A stretch of 64,000 bases of DNA from Promethearchaeota archaeon (GTDB lineage: Archaea; Asgardarchaeota; Lokiarchaeia; Sigyniarchaeales; SOKP01). The translations under genes and the position numbers were made by a program. Of this stretch, positions 1 through 9,906 are shown piece by piece. The notes beneath the pieces were generated by a model. The model had not been told where the DNA came from and did not search any database. It saw only the letters and a list, made by a program, of their open reading frames with translations. The stretch covers positions 37,878 through 101,877 of the forward strand of contig JAEOTR010000053.1 of the NCBI GenBank assembly GCA_016839705.1. Direction: 5' to 3'. Position 1 is the first letter of the stretch. Each line of letters starts with the position of its first letter.

Positions 1-10
1 ATATATAATA

Positions 11-85
11 AGGCTCGTGGCCTAGTATGGATAGGGCGGCAGCCTCCTAAGCTGAAGATCGGGGGTTCAATTCCCCCCGAGCCTG
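11..85 (+). tRNA. tRNA-Arg (anticodon CCT), no intron, CCA not encoded
   Basis: Acceptor stem AGGCTCG (11-17) pairs with CGAGCCT (78-84), discriminator G85; anticodon arm CAGC-CT-CCT-AA-GCTG; T arm GGGGG-TTCAATT-CCCCC. Confidence 0.95.
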
Positions 86-89
86 TTTA

Positions 90-857
90 TTACTCTTTCA
101 AAGGTTTAAAACTTTTCATCCAGGGGAAATTATCTCCCCAACTTTCAAACACATGCCCAAATCCTTCTTTTCTAAGAGCTTCCTCAGTAGTTCTTAGAAA
201 CCTCTGTTGAACTCTGTAATCAGCAGTATCTAAAATTTCCATTAGATTAGTCACAATTTCTTCCGCGGGTATAGGAAATTTGGTAAGAGGGAGCGATTTA
301 AGTTCCCATTTGAGATATTTATAGTATGGTCTTAATCTACCATGATGTATAGCAAAAATTACATTCAGGAACGCTGGTATAGAAAAAGCTGCTTCTAAAC
401 GGGCGGCTTCAATATTTCCATTGCGAATACATTTTAAAGAACGATAAAGATAATTGATATATGCATCTAATGATCCCGCTATGAATTTAGAAAGATGGTT
501 TTCAGGTATCTTTCCCTTTTCATTTATTAATTCCTGTATTTTACCGTTTTTATCAATTAAAGCTGTTAAATGAGAGAAACTATATCGATCAAAAGCTTCA
601 GCACTGCCCCAGTGAGCATAATTCTTAAATTCAGGAAAAGAAAATACAATTAGATCTACGCCGTTGTATTTTCGAAAAGGATATCTTTCTTTATACTCTG
701 AAACTACATTATCTTTTACAATAATATATGTATCGTAATCTGAATATTTAGTTTGAAAACCTTTACCTCTTGAGCCTCCTAAAAAAAATCCGATTATATT
801 TGGATCTGTTTTAGCTTCCTCATATATTTTTTCATAGACTTCTGATGGTGTATCCAT
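90..857 (-). CDS. Pol-beta superfamily nucleotidyltransferase with C-terminal helical domain
   Basis: hG[GS]...DxD motif (FLGGSRGKG...SDYD) plus a third Asp (VDLIV); helical C-terminal half as in KNTase/LinB-like proteins. Confidence 0.7.
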   Translation of the reverse strand: MDTPSEVYEKIYEEAKTDPNIIGFFLGGSRGKGFQTKYSDYDTYIIVKDNVVSEYKERYPFRKYNGVDLIVFSFPEFKNYAHWGSAEAFDRYSFSHLTALIDKNGKIQELINEKGKIPENHLSKFIAGSLDAYINYLYRSLKCIRNGNIEAARLEAAFSIPAFLNVIFAIHHGRLRPYYKYLKWELKSLPLTKFPIPAEEIVTNLMEILDTADYRVQQRFLRTTEEALRKEGFGHVFESWGDNFPWMKSFKPLKE

Positions 858-985
858 TAAATAAACATTTTCTATTTTATTTATTGTTAGTAGACTAGAA
901 TTAGAAAAGCTTTATTACCCTTTTTAAAAATAGAAAATGTATAAATAATAGTCAATCATAAACAAATAATGCTAAAAATATAGAG

Positions 986-2725
986 GTGAAAAATTTGCCA
1001 AGAAAAATATTAAGAGTAAATATGACTAATCTTGAGGCTAAATTCGAAGATTTACCGCAGGATTTTGCTGCTTTAGGTGGTCGGGGTATGACCTCAACTA
1101 TTGTTTCAAAAGAAGTACCTCCAACCTGTCATCCATTGCGAATTCATAATAAACTAGTAATCGCACCGGGAATTGTAACAGGTACTAGAGCTCCAACATC
1201 GGGTCGTCTCTCTTTAGGTGGAAAGTCTCCATTGACAGGAGGTATTAAAGAGGCTAATGCTGGAACAAGTTTTGCCCAAATGTTAGGAAGAATGCGTATT
1301 GGGGCAGTGATAATTGAAGGGAAACATGAAGGGGATGATTACTTTACTTTAAAAGTTACTAATGATAATGCTGAATTTCAAGATGCCAATAAATGGGTAG
1401 GGAAGGGCTTGTATGATACTTATAAAGCACTTTATAAAGAACATGGAGATAAAGTAGGAATTTGTGGTGTTGGGATCTCAGCAGAAGTGCTTGGAGCAAT
1501 GTCGGGAGTTTGTTTCAATGATCCCGAAGGTTTACCAAGTAGGTATGCTGGAAGAGGTGGTCTTGGTGCGGTAATGGCATCCAAAGGGTTAAAATTCATA
1601 ATAGTTGATGAGACTGGTGCTCCTGGCGTTGAAATAGCGAATAAGGAAATCTTTAGCCAAGGGATTAAAAAACTAAGTAATGCCCTCGGAGAACATCCAG
1701 TCACACAACCGAAAGGAGGACTTAATTCTTATGGTACTAGTGTCTTAGTTAATATTATAAACGAAGCTGGTGGGTTACCGCAAAGAAATTTTTCAAGTGG
1801 TCAAGATGAAAGAGCAGAACAAATATCTGGTGAGGTTAAAGCAGAAGAGATTAAGAAAAGAGGAGGTGTTCGACCTCATTTCTGTAGCCCCGGTTGTGTT
1901 ATTCAATGTTCCGAAGTATGGACAAAACCAGGAGGTAAAGATCCTGTTGGAGTTTTAGAGTATGAATCAGTATGGGCTTTAGGTGCTAATTGTGGGATTT
2001 ATGACTTAGATGTTATTGGTGAATTAAATCGAGCATGCAATGATTTAGGTTGTGATACAATCGAAGCAGGTGACACAATTGCAGTAGCCATGGAAGGAGG
2101 TCTTGCAAAATTTGGAGATGGAAAAGGAGCCTTAAAATTAATGGATGAAATTCGCAAGAAAACACCTACAGGAAGATTTTTATCTCAAGGGACTGAGATT
2201 ACAGGTAAAGTATTAGGTGTAACAAGAATTCCAACTGTTAAAGGGCAAGGATTACCCGCATATGATCCACGTGCTATTAAGGGAATCGGAGTAACTTACG
2301 CAACTACACCAATGGGAGCAGATCATACGGCAGGGTATGCAATAACTACGGAAATTATGGGTGTCGGAGGCAAAGTAGATCCAAGGGATCCTAAAAAAGC
2401 GGAGATTTCTCGTAATTTACAAATAGCTACAGCAGCAGTTGATGCTTCAGGTTATTGTTTATTTGTAGCTTTTGCGGTTTTAGATATACCAGAAGGACTA
2501 GTAGGTATTGTAGAGTCATTAAACGGTGTATTAGGAGCAAATTTGACTGTTGATGATGTCGGTGTTATTGGAAAACAAATCCTAGATATCGAATTAGACT
2601 TTAATAAAAGAGCAGGATTCACAGCAACTGATGATAGACTTCCAGAATTCTTTATGGAAGAAAAGCTTCCTCCTTTCGATGGAGTTTTTGATGTTACAGA
2701 TGACGATTTAGATAGTGTGTTTTAG
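986..2725 (+). CDS. aor: Tungsten-containing aldehyde:ferredoxin oxidoreductase (AOR family)
   Basis: LGGRG, KSPLTGGIKEANAG, AGRGGLGAVMASKGLK, CSPGCVIQC (Fe-S), EYES, GCDTIE, YDPR motifs; true start may be TTG at 995 behind an SD-like GAGGTGA. Confidence 0.92.
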   Translation: MKNLPRKILRVNMTNLEAKFEDLPQDFAALGGRGMTSTIVSKEVPPTCHPLRIHNKLVIAPGIVTGTRAPTSGRLSLGGKSPLTGGIKEANAGTSFAQMLGRMRIGAVIIEGKHEGDDYFTLKVTNDNAEFQDANKWVGKGLYDTYKALYKEHGDKVGICGVGISAEVLGAMSGVCFNDPEGLPSRYAGRGGLGAVMASKGLKFIIVDETGAPGVEIANKEIFSQGIKKLSNALGEHPVTQPKGGLNSYGTSVLVNIINEAGGLPQRNFSSGQDERAEQISGEVKAEEIKKRGGVRPHFCSPGCVIQCSEVWTKPGGKDPVGVLEYESVWALGANCGIYDLDVIGELNRACNDLGCDTIEAGDTIAVAMEGGLAKFGDGKGALKLMDEIRKKTPTGRFLSQGTEITGKVLGVTRIPTVKGQGLPAYDPRAIKGIGVTYATTPMGADHTAGYAITTEIMGVGGKVDPRDPKKAEISRNLQIATAAVDASGYCLFVAFAVLDIPEGLVGIVESLNGVLGANLTVDDVGVIGKQILDIELDFNKRAGFTATDDRLPEFFMEEKLPPFDGVFDVTDDDLDSVF

Positions 2726-2743
2726 TTTTTTAACCCAATAAAA

Positions 2744-3031
2744 ATGCCAATTCGTATAAAACTTTTCGGAGATCTAAGGAAAAAAGTTCAACCAGATATT
2801 AAAGGAAGTATGCCATTAAAATTTGACATTGAAGAAAATAGCATTGACAGAGTTTCTGATATATTGGAAAAATATAACATTGAAGAAAATGAGATTATTC
2901 ATATCTTTGTGAATGGGAGATATTCAGGGCTTACCAAAAAGGTGAAAAATGGAGATATCGTAGCTATTTTTCCAATAAATATGTCTGTTTTATATAAATG
3001 GTATTTTAACAGAGAAGAAGATGAAGAATAA
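2744..3031 (+). CDS. MoaD/ThiS-like beta-grasp protein lacking the C-terminal Gly-Gly
   Basis: IKLFGDLR...IFVNG...VKNGDIVAIFP pattern; ends INMSVLYKWYFNREEDEE. Confidence 0.75.
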   Translation: MPIRIKLFGDLRKKVQPDIKGSMPLKFDIEENSIDRVSDILEKYNIEENEIIHIFVNGRYSGLTKKVKNGDIVAIFPINMSVLYKWYFNREEDEE

Positions 3032-3266
3032 TAAAATTACTATTACCGTTAAATTTTTTGCAATGTTAAGAGATTATGGTCCAGCGAAGGAGACAATTAG
3101 TGTTCCTGTGAATAGCACTATTAAGTTGTTATTTAAAAAATATCAGATTCCTAAGGAAGCATGGAGAACAATAATACTTGTCAATGGGAGTCCGCATAAA
3201 GATCTAGAAACAATTCTTAATCATGGGGATATAATATCTATATTCCCACCAATTGGGGGAGGATAA
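3021..3266 (+). CDS. MoaD/ThiS (SAMP-like) sulfur carrier / ubiquitin-like protein
   Basis: VKFFAMLR...ILVNG...GDIISIFPPIGGG with a free C-terminal GG; downstream of aor. Confidence 0.9.
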   Translation: MKNNKITITVKFFAMLRDYGPAKETISVPVNSTIKLLFKKYQIPKEAWRTIILVNGSPHKDLETILNHGDIISIFPPIGGG

Positions 3267-3288
3267 ATCTTCTACAAACGTAAATATC

Positions 3289-3355
3289 TTTTTTTTATTT
3301 TCTTTTTTTATAATAAATAAGTTTACCAATTTTTGTGTAATTTTTTTTTTTTTTT
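3289..3355 (+). terminator. Oligo-T tracts, probable archaeal terminator of the aor-moaD operon
   Basis: Several T runs (including T15 at 3341-3355) starting about 20 nt after the stop codon. Confidence 0.45.
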
Positions 3356-3540
3356 AATAATATTATAGTTGGAATGTGGTATTCAGCAGATTCTAAGCCT
3401 AGTTTATGAAAAACTTTTTGGATTGTTGTACGTGCGGTGATTACGAACAATAGGAGTGATTTTATAGATTATTAAACGAAATATAAAATAAAGATTGTGA
3501 TACTACTTATTAAAATAAATTTAATTATTAAAAATTTAAA

Positions 3541-6500
3541 GTGATATTATATATGACTTTAGTAGAAAAGAAGCTTAGAGAATCTGAAGAAAAATACAGA
3601 ACTCTGACAGAACAATCTTTCTTGGGTATTTCGATTTTACAGGATGATATAATTCAATATGTAAATAACCAACTTGTAAATTTATTTGGATATACAGTAG
3701 AAGAGATTATGGCATGGGAAAAAGGGGGTTTTCTTAATATTATATATCCTGAGGATAGAAAATTAGTAGCTGAGCAGGCTAGAAAAAAACAAGCGGGTGA
3801 ATCAGATATTCTTAATAAATATCAATTTAGAGGGATAAAGAAAAATGGGGATATTTTATGGTTAGAAGTATTCTCAAAAAGTATTAATTATAGGGGTAGA
3901 CCCGCAGATTTTGTCACAATTCACGATATAACTGATAAAAAAATATCTGAGCAAAAAATTAAAGAATCTGAGGAAAAATACCGTTCTATCTTTGAAAACA
4001 TGACTGAAGGATTTGCTTATCATAAAGTAATTGTAGATGAAAATAACAAACCAATCGATTACAAATATTTAGAAGTCAATCCTGCTTTCGAAAGACTCAC
4101 AGGCTTAAAAGCAGAGCAAATGATTGGGAAAAAAGTGACTGAAATATTACCTGGAACTGAGAATGATCCTGCGGATTGGATTGGTAGATTTGGTAATGTA
4201 GGTCTTACGGGAGTCCCTTTAGAAGTTGAAGATTATTCAGAAGCTATAGATAAATGGTTTAAAGTTTCAGGATATTCTCCTCAAAAAGGATATTTTGCTG
4301 TAACTTTTTCAGATATTACTGAACAAAAAAAAGCAGAAATAATGATAGCAGAATCCGAGGAGAAATATCGTAATTTATTTAATAATGCTCCCTATGCAAT
4401 TGTTCTTTTCAATATTGAAGGAACCATTCTTGACTGTAATGAAGCTTCTAATTTAATAACAGGGTATTCTAAAGAGGATCTAATTGGTAAAAATTTTAGA
4501 GACATTAATTTCTATGTTGATATAAACTCTGCTAATATCGAAGTAAGGGAAGATAAAGTTAAAGATGGTGAAATCCCTAAAACTAGAGATGTTTTGCTGC
4601 ATAAAAAAGATGGAAGTCAGTTTTGGGCTAGATCAAATATTGAATTTGTCCACCTGAGAGATGAAACTTATGTTCAAGCAATTATCCAAGATGTTTCAGA
4701 ACAAAAAGAATCTCAAATAAAATTAAAAGAATCAGAATCTAAGTTTAGAACTATCTTTGAAGCGATTCCAGATTTATATTTTCTTGTGTCAAGTGACGCA
4801 ACAATACTAGAGTATAGAGGGAAAGAACAAGATTTATATCTTAGTCCGGAAGAATTTATGGGGAAAAAAGTAATAAATCTTTTACCACCTAATCTCGGTA
4901 AAAATATGGTAGAATTGATCAAAAAGACTTTAATGACACAGCAATCTCAAAGTCTAGAATATGAATTAGAAATAGATAATAAACCACATTTCTACGAAGC
5001 AAGATATTTTTATATGTCTAAAGATAAAGTCTCTATTTTTATCCGAGATATTACTGATCGTAAATATATAGAACAACAGATTTCTGATTTAGCAAAGTTT
5101 CCCTCAGAAAATCCAAATCCTGTATTAAGAGTGAATAAAGAAAAAATTATCTATATTAATAAAGCAGGTCGAGATTTGTTTGATTTAACTGAAGGCAGTA
5201 AAATTCCAAATTTCTTAGAAGTAGTTTTAGTTAGAGTATTTGATGAAAATACAACGAAAATTTTGGAAATTGAGTTTGGTGACAAAAATTATTTGTTTAA
5301 CATTACACCAATACTGCAAGAAGGATATGCTAATATATATGGAGGAGATATTACAGAAAGAAAAAAGTCAGAGATTGCTCTTAATTTAGAAAAAAAATTT
5401 GCTGATGATATATTAAATTCTTCAATGGATACTGTATTCGTCTTTAATCCAGAAAATGGGAAAGCAATTAGATGGAACAACGTATTCAAAGAAGTTAGTG
5501 GTTATAGCAACGAAGAAATTGCTTCAATAAAAGCCCCCGATTCATATTATAATGAGGATGACTTAAAACGTGCTTCAGAAGCAATTAAGAATGTTCTAGA
5601 AAAAGGAAAATTCAAAGTTGAAATATCATTTCAAACTAAAGATGGGAGAAGTATTCCTTACGAGTATAGAGGAACAACACTTAAAAATTCTTCTGGGGAT
5701 ACGCTTATTGTTTCTGTAGGGAGAGATATTTCTGAAAGGAAGATTGCAGAGGAAAAAATAAAAGATTCCGAACTGAAATTCCGAGATCTCTATGAAGAAG
5801 CTCCCATTGCTTATTTCTCAATAGGGACAGACAAATCAATTTTGAGAGTTAATAACGCCGCAGAAAGACTTCTAGGTTATACGAAAGATGAATTATTGAA
5901 AATGAAAATCTTTGATTTATATCCTGATACAGATTATGGATTAAAATTAGCTAAAGAATTATTTTCACAATTTATAGCTGGGGAATCCATTAAAGATGTA
6001 GAACTTCAAATGACACATAAGGAAGGGAATCCTATTTGGATAAGTTTATCTGTAAAACCTATCTTCGATCTAGAAGGAAATGTTATTGAATCTCGCTCAA
6101 TGGTTTTAGACATCACAGAACGTAAAAGGGCTGAGGAAGCTTTAAAATTATCAGAAAGTAATTATAGAGAGGCTTTTGATCGTGCTAATTTTTATAAAGA
6201 CCTTTTTGGTCATGATATGAATAACATTCTTCAAGTGGTTAATTCTTCCGCAGAACTCATTTCTTATCAATTAGGAGATTCTGAAAAATCAAATGACATT
6301 GCAAATATTACAGAGATAATAAAGAAACAAGTAGAGCGTGGATCAAAATTAGTATCAAACGTACGAACTCTCTCAGAACTCGAAGAGAAAAAAATTATTA
6401 CCCGTAAAGTCCAGATTAAAGAATATTTGAATTATTCAATAGAGTTTGTCAAAAAAGCATACGAAGAGAGAAATTTAAGGATTTCAGTTGAAGGAATAGA

Positions 6501-6873
6501 TGATAACTATTTTACCAAGGCGAATGAATTACTTCAAGATGTTTTTGAAAATGTATTAATTAATGGGATAAAATACAATGAAAACTCTGAGATTGACATT
6601 TCAATTAAAGCATCAAAGCAAATAGTGGATGAGAAGGATTTTATTAAAATTGAATTCATGGATAACGGCATCGGTGTTGTTGATGATAGAAAAGAGGTGA
6701 TTTTTATGAGTGGAAACAGGGAACTTAAGGGATCAAAAGGCATGGGGCTAGGTCTTTCTTTAGTAAGTAAAATACTTCAAATATTCAAGGGTAAAATTTG
6801 GGTTGAGGATAAAATCAAAGGAGATTATATTAAGGGAAGTAACTTCATTATAATATTACCAGGAGCAAAATAA
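3541..6873 (+). CDS. Multi-PAS (about 7) sensor histidine kinase, soluble
   Basis: Repeated ESEEKYR...DIT(D/E)RK PAS/PAC boundaries; H-box FGHDMNNIL; N-box NVLINGIKY; DNGIG and GMGLGL G-boxes; start probably ATG 3553. Confidence 0.93.
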   Translation: MILYMTLVEKKLRESEEKYRTLTEQSFLGISILQDDIIQYVNNQLVNLFGYTVEEIMAWEKGGFLNIIYPEDRKLVAEQARKKQAGESDILNKYQFRGIKKNGDILWLEVFSKSINYRGRPADFVTIHDITDKKISEQKIKESEEKYRSIFENMTEGFAYHKVIVDENNKPIDYKYLEVNPAFERLTGLKAEQMIGKKVTEILPGTENDPADWIGRFGNVGLTGVPLEVEDYSEAIDKWFKVSGYSPQKGYFAVTFSDITEQKKAEIMIAESEEKYRNLFNNAPYAIVLFNIEGTILDCNEASNLITGYSKEDLIGKNFRDINFYVDINSANIEVREDKVKDGEIPKTRDVLLHKKDGSQFWARSNIEFVHLRDETYVQAIIQDVSEQKESQIKLKESESKFRTIFEAIPDLYFLVSSDATILEYRGKEQDLYLSPEEFMGKKVINLLPPNLGKNMVELIKKTLMTQQSQSLEYELEIDNKPHFYEARYFYMSKDKVSIFIRDITDRKYIEQQISDLAKFPSENPNPVLRVNKEKIIYINKAGRDLFDLTEGSKIPNFLEVVLVRVFDENTTKILEIEFGDKNYLFNITPILQEGYANIYGGDITERKKSEIALNLEKKFADDILNSSMDTVFVFNPENGKAIRWNNVFKEVSGYSNEEIASIKAPDSYYNEDDLKRASEAIKNVLEKGKFKVEISFQTKDGRSIPYEYRGTTLKNSSGDTLIVSVGRDISERKIAEEKIKDSELKFRDLYEEAPIAYFSIGTDKSILRVNNAAERLLGYTKDELLKMKIFDLYPDTDYGLKLAKELFSQFIAGESIKDVELQMTHKEGNPIWISLSVKPIFDLEGNVIESRSMVLDITERKRAEEALKLSESNYREAFDRANFYKDLFGHDMNNILQVVNSSAELISYQLGDSEKSNDIANITEIIKKQVERGSKLVSNVRTLSELEEKKIITRKVQIKEYLNYSIEFVKKAYEERNLRISVEGIDDNYFTKANELLQDVFENVLINGIKYNENSEIDISIKASKQIVDEKDFIKIEFMDNGIGVVDDRKEVIFMSGNRELKGSKGMGLGLSLVSKILQIFKGKIWVEDKIKGDYIKGSNFIIILPGAK

Positions 6874-6919
6874 TTTATTGATTCTTTACTAATCAAACTT
6901 ACATCAGTTTGATTACAAA

Positions 6920-7741
6920 TTAGCGATTTTTGGTAAACCAGTCGATTGCAAAATCAACAATTTCTCGTTGTGAAATTAATCGAGCTTCCGCTATACCAAC
7001 TTTCCCTGGTATATAGTTGATTTCTGACTCAAAATCTATTCCAAGTCGTTCAAAATCATCGCTATTATGGTCTAGATCTTCATATTCTACCCATCGTCTT
7101 TTCTTTTTTATTTTCATCGAAGATCCATTTAGAATATTCTTTTTGCCTGAGAATTCACTTCGATACTCTGCAAGATGTAACGACGTATTGTTATAATGAT
7201 TAACACCTATCAATAAGATTTTTCCATCCAAATCATAAATTCGAGCAAGAGGAGAATGTTCACCCAACCCCGATGTTATTTTATGATCCTTAATAATAAA
7301 TTTTGCATATTTACCCCAAGCAGCAAAAGATAAGGAAGGATGAGCACTTCGTATAACTTTAGGCCATTTTCTAAAAGTTTCTACGACGATACCCATCTCG
7401 CGTGTAGGAGTTATTTTTGGTTGATAACCAGGCATCTCATTTTTAATAAGATCCCACCACTTTTCAGGTACAGGTGGGTTTTTCCATTTAGTTGGATCTG
7501 AATTATCAGACGAAAAAGTAGGCATTATTAATGTACCGCGTGAAGTAAGTAGTTCCATTAAAGCTTGTACTACAGACACAGGTCCGCCAACTGTCCAGCC
7601 TATTTCAGCTAAAGAACTATGCATGATAATAACTGATCCCGCTGTAATACCAAGTGTTTTAAAATCATTTTTTAATGTAGTTATCGTATTAGGGGACGCT
7701 GTCTCTTTAACAACCTCTCCTTCAGATCTCTTTATTTTCAT
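6920..7741 (-). CDS. AAC(3)/YokD-family N-acetyltransferase
   Basis: MHSSL, GTLIMPTF, RSAHP, IGVNHYNNTSLHLAE signatures. Confidence 0.88.
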   Translation of the reverse strand: MKIKRSEGEVVKETASPNTITTLKNDFKTLGITAGSVIIMHSSLAEIGWTVGGPVSVVQALMELLTSRGTLIMPTFSSDNSDPTKWKNPPVPEKWWDLIKNEMPGYQPKITPTREMGIVVETFRKWPKVIRSAHPSLSFAAWGKYAKFIIKDHKITSGLGEHSPLARIYDLDGKILLIGVNHYNNTSLHLAEYRSEFSGKKNILNGSSMKIKKKRRWVEYEDLDHNSDDFERLGIDFESEINYIPGKVGIAEARLISQREIVDFAIDWFTKNR

Positions 7742-7995
7742 TAAACAAAATAAATTTTTAGAAATTAAAAAATTTATGAATAGATAGTATTCTCTCTGAA
7801 GTTTTAATGAACTCAGAAAAAAATCGAATAAAATTAGTAAAAAAAAATATTCCTAAAACCTATTTGAAATATAATACTTTTTATTTTAAAAGTTTCAGTA
7901 GATATATTTGTTGTTAGTACATAAGTACGACAAGTTTTTAGAATTTTTTATAAAAAAAAAGAAAATAAATTAAAATTAACGATTCTTGAGGTATT

Positions 7996-8208
7996 TTATA
8001 CTATTTTCATTGCCAAGTCCATATCATCAAGAGTTAATTTTTTCCTTCCAGCGTGTCGGGTCATCTCAAGAGCTTTGTTAGTCATGCCTTTTGCTAATTT
8101 CTCTAAATAGTCAATTAAGGCATCTACCGCATCTCGAGCAACCATTTCAGCGCCATTATCTTTCATTAGCTTTCGAACTGGACTCCAAGCAAAAACTTTT
8201 TTTGCCAT
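7996..8208 (-). CDS. Archaeal histone (HMf-like fold, tailless)
   Basis: P.RKLMK..GAE.V...A...RHAGRKKL...D..LA histone-fold pattern, 70 aa. Confidence 0.92.
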   Translation of the reverse strand: MAKKVFAWSPVRKLMKDNGAEMVARDAVDALIDYLEKLAKGMTNKALEMTRHAGRKKLTLDDMDLAMKIV

Positions 8209-8216
8209 TTTTTATT

Positions 8217-8221
8217 CCTCC
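8217..8221 (-). promoter_or_regulatory. Shine-Dalgarno GGAGG of the histone gene
   Basis: Minus strand reads GTGGAGGAATAAAAAATG. Confidence 0.6.
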
Positions 8222-8511
8222 ACTTTTTATTTTTAATAATATACTAGGTTTTTTTATTTTAACAAAATACTTCTTTAAGTTATATTACTTATTTTAAATA
8301 TATAAGGATTACGGTAGATAATCGATACAATATGTTTGGGTTAATAATTTCATCCCATCGACAAAATACCGATGTCTGAGAAGAAAATCGAGAGATATAC
8401 TTCTGAGCTATTAGAACTAAGATCTTTTTTTATTATTGAAATCGAGGTCAAAATAAGAACATGCATCTTAATCCTTGACCAATTCTATCAGAAAAAGAAA
8501 ATAAAACGTTT

Positions 8512-9084
8512 TTATTTTAAATATTTGCGCATTATTAAAAGATTCTCAAATTCTTTATGGATAGTGAATCCTTCAGATTTATATAGTGATATAGGGCCAC
8601 GGTAACTATGTGCATCTGATAATTCCCCTGTCCTTGGGTATGATTCAATAATATCATAGTCTTTATCTTTATAATATGAAATTGCATATCTCAGTAATTC
8701 TCTTGCAATACCTCGCCTTCTATTTGTATGAGCAATTAAAAAACAGACAATTCCTGCAATTTTTTTCTCTTGAGAATCGGGAGAATCATTTTCATAAAGA
8801 GTTTTTGCAAAATTTTCTCTTGAGTTAATATTACACCATCCAACAGGTTTGTTTTCTGAATAGGCTAAAAAGCCATGCATTTCTCCAGAGCGAATTAATT
8901 CGGTGGAAGCCTTTCTATTTTCTTCCTTAGATTGTTTTTCCCATTCCTTATTACTCCCCTTAAAGTGATAAAAACGACAATAACATCCTGACCAATCAGG
9001 ATTATCGGCAAAACCTATTTCTTCAAAAAAGTATAGCCAATCGTCAAGTATATCTGATGATAACGGTTTAATTATAAAGGTCAT
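8512..9084 (-). CDS. GNAT-family N-acetyltransferase
   Basis: WSGCYC N-terminal motif, PVGWC, acetyl-CoA motif RRRGIA, ESYP, GF. Confidence 0.85.
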   Translation of the reverse strand: MTFIIKPLSSDILDDWLYFFEEIGFADNPDWSGCYCRFYHFKGSNKEWEKQSKEENRKASTELIRSGEMHGFLAYSENKPVGWCNINSRENFAKTLYENDSPDSQEKKIAGIVCFLIAHTNRRRGIARELLRYAISYYKDKDYDIIESYPRTGELSDAHSYRGPISLYKSEGFTIHKEFENLLIMRKYLK

Positions 9085-9215
9085 TACATTTCCACCACAT
9101 TAATTTCTTGTTTTAGAATGATAAAATAACTCAAATAATAGAATTAAATATGTAAAGCAGTATAAAAAATTTTATTTTCCATTTAGAATGTATAGGCATT
9201 TCCAGACTTATAATC

Positions 9216-9683
9216 TTAATATCTATTTTTTTTAAGACTTAAAATTATCCCTGGACAAATAAAAAAATAGAAGAGAATAACTAAGCTTACTAAAAATCCA
9301 TTTTGTACAAATTCTCCTAAACCACCGACAACTTCAGTAATAGAGTAATATCCTAAAACTCCAAGAATTAACCAAATAAAAATAGGTATTCCAATAAGAA
9401 ACAAAATAACGGCATAATATCGGGGATTTTTCCTTCTTTTTTTACTCTTATCGATGTTAAAACTTAATCTTTCCTTTACTAAAGTAGAATACATAAACGG
9501 AAAGAAAAAGAAAGTGCTCATAAGGTATAGGAAGAAGAAAAAACCTTGTCCGGCTAGTCGAGCGAAATAATCATAAATTGGCCCAAATAGATTAAAATAA
9601 CTAATTATTATCGGCACGATACTACCTAAGAAGGCTACATAAATGATAGCTACAATTAATAGTAAAAAATGTTTTTTATTCAT
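9216..9683 (-). CDS. Hypothetical 4-TM membrane protein
   Basis: Four hydrophobic segments with a basic cytoplasmic loop KSKKRRKNPR. Confidence 0.7.
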   Translation of the reverse strand: MNKKHFLLLIVAIIYVAFLGSIVPIIISYFNLFGPIYDYFARLAGQGFFFFLYLMSTFFFFPFMYSTLVKERLSFNIDKSKKRRKNPRYYAVILFLIGIPIFIWLILGVLGYYSITEVVGGLGEFVQNGFLVSLVILFYFFICPGIILSLKKNRY

Positions 9684-9906
9684 TATCTATTTGAGAAAAT
9701 TAATAATTACCTAAAATCTTTTGTATTTCACACATTTGTGAACAGAAGTAATTAGATTGAGTAATTTAAGAGGTGTAAAATTATCAATATCTAGAATTGA
9801 GTCCATTTCTAAGAAAATGTATCAGAATAAACTCCATCTCAGAAAATTTAATATTTAATCAAATCCAGAAGATAATTAATTATATAATAGATAATGATGA
9901 TTTTTC

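Noticed and set aside
1-900. tRNA-Arg as the integration site of a mobile element
   Set aside because: No integrase and no duplicated tRNA 3' end noticed elsewhere in the window
8091-8605. ORFs 8091..8297 and 8372..8605 on the plus strand
   Set aside because: They overlap the histone and GNAT genes, have F/I/K-biased composition typical of AT-rich non-coding DNA, and contain no motif
9727-9742. Short palindrome TTCACA-CATT-TGTGAA (and the AT-only palindrome near 31924-31937)
   Set aside because: Arms too short or AT-only; expected by chance at this base composition
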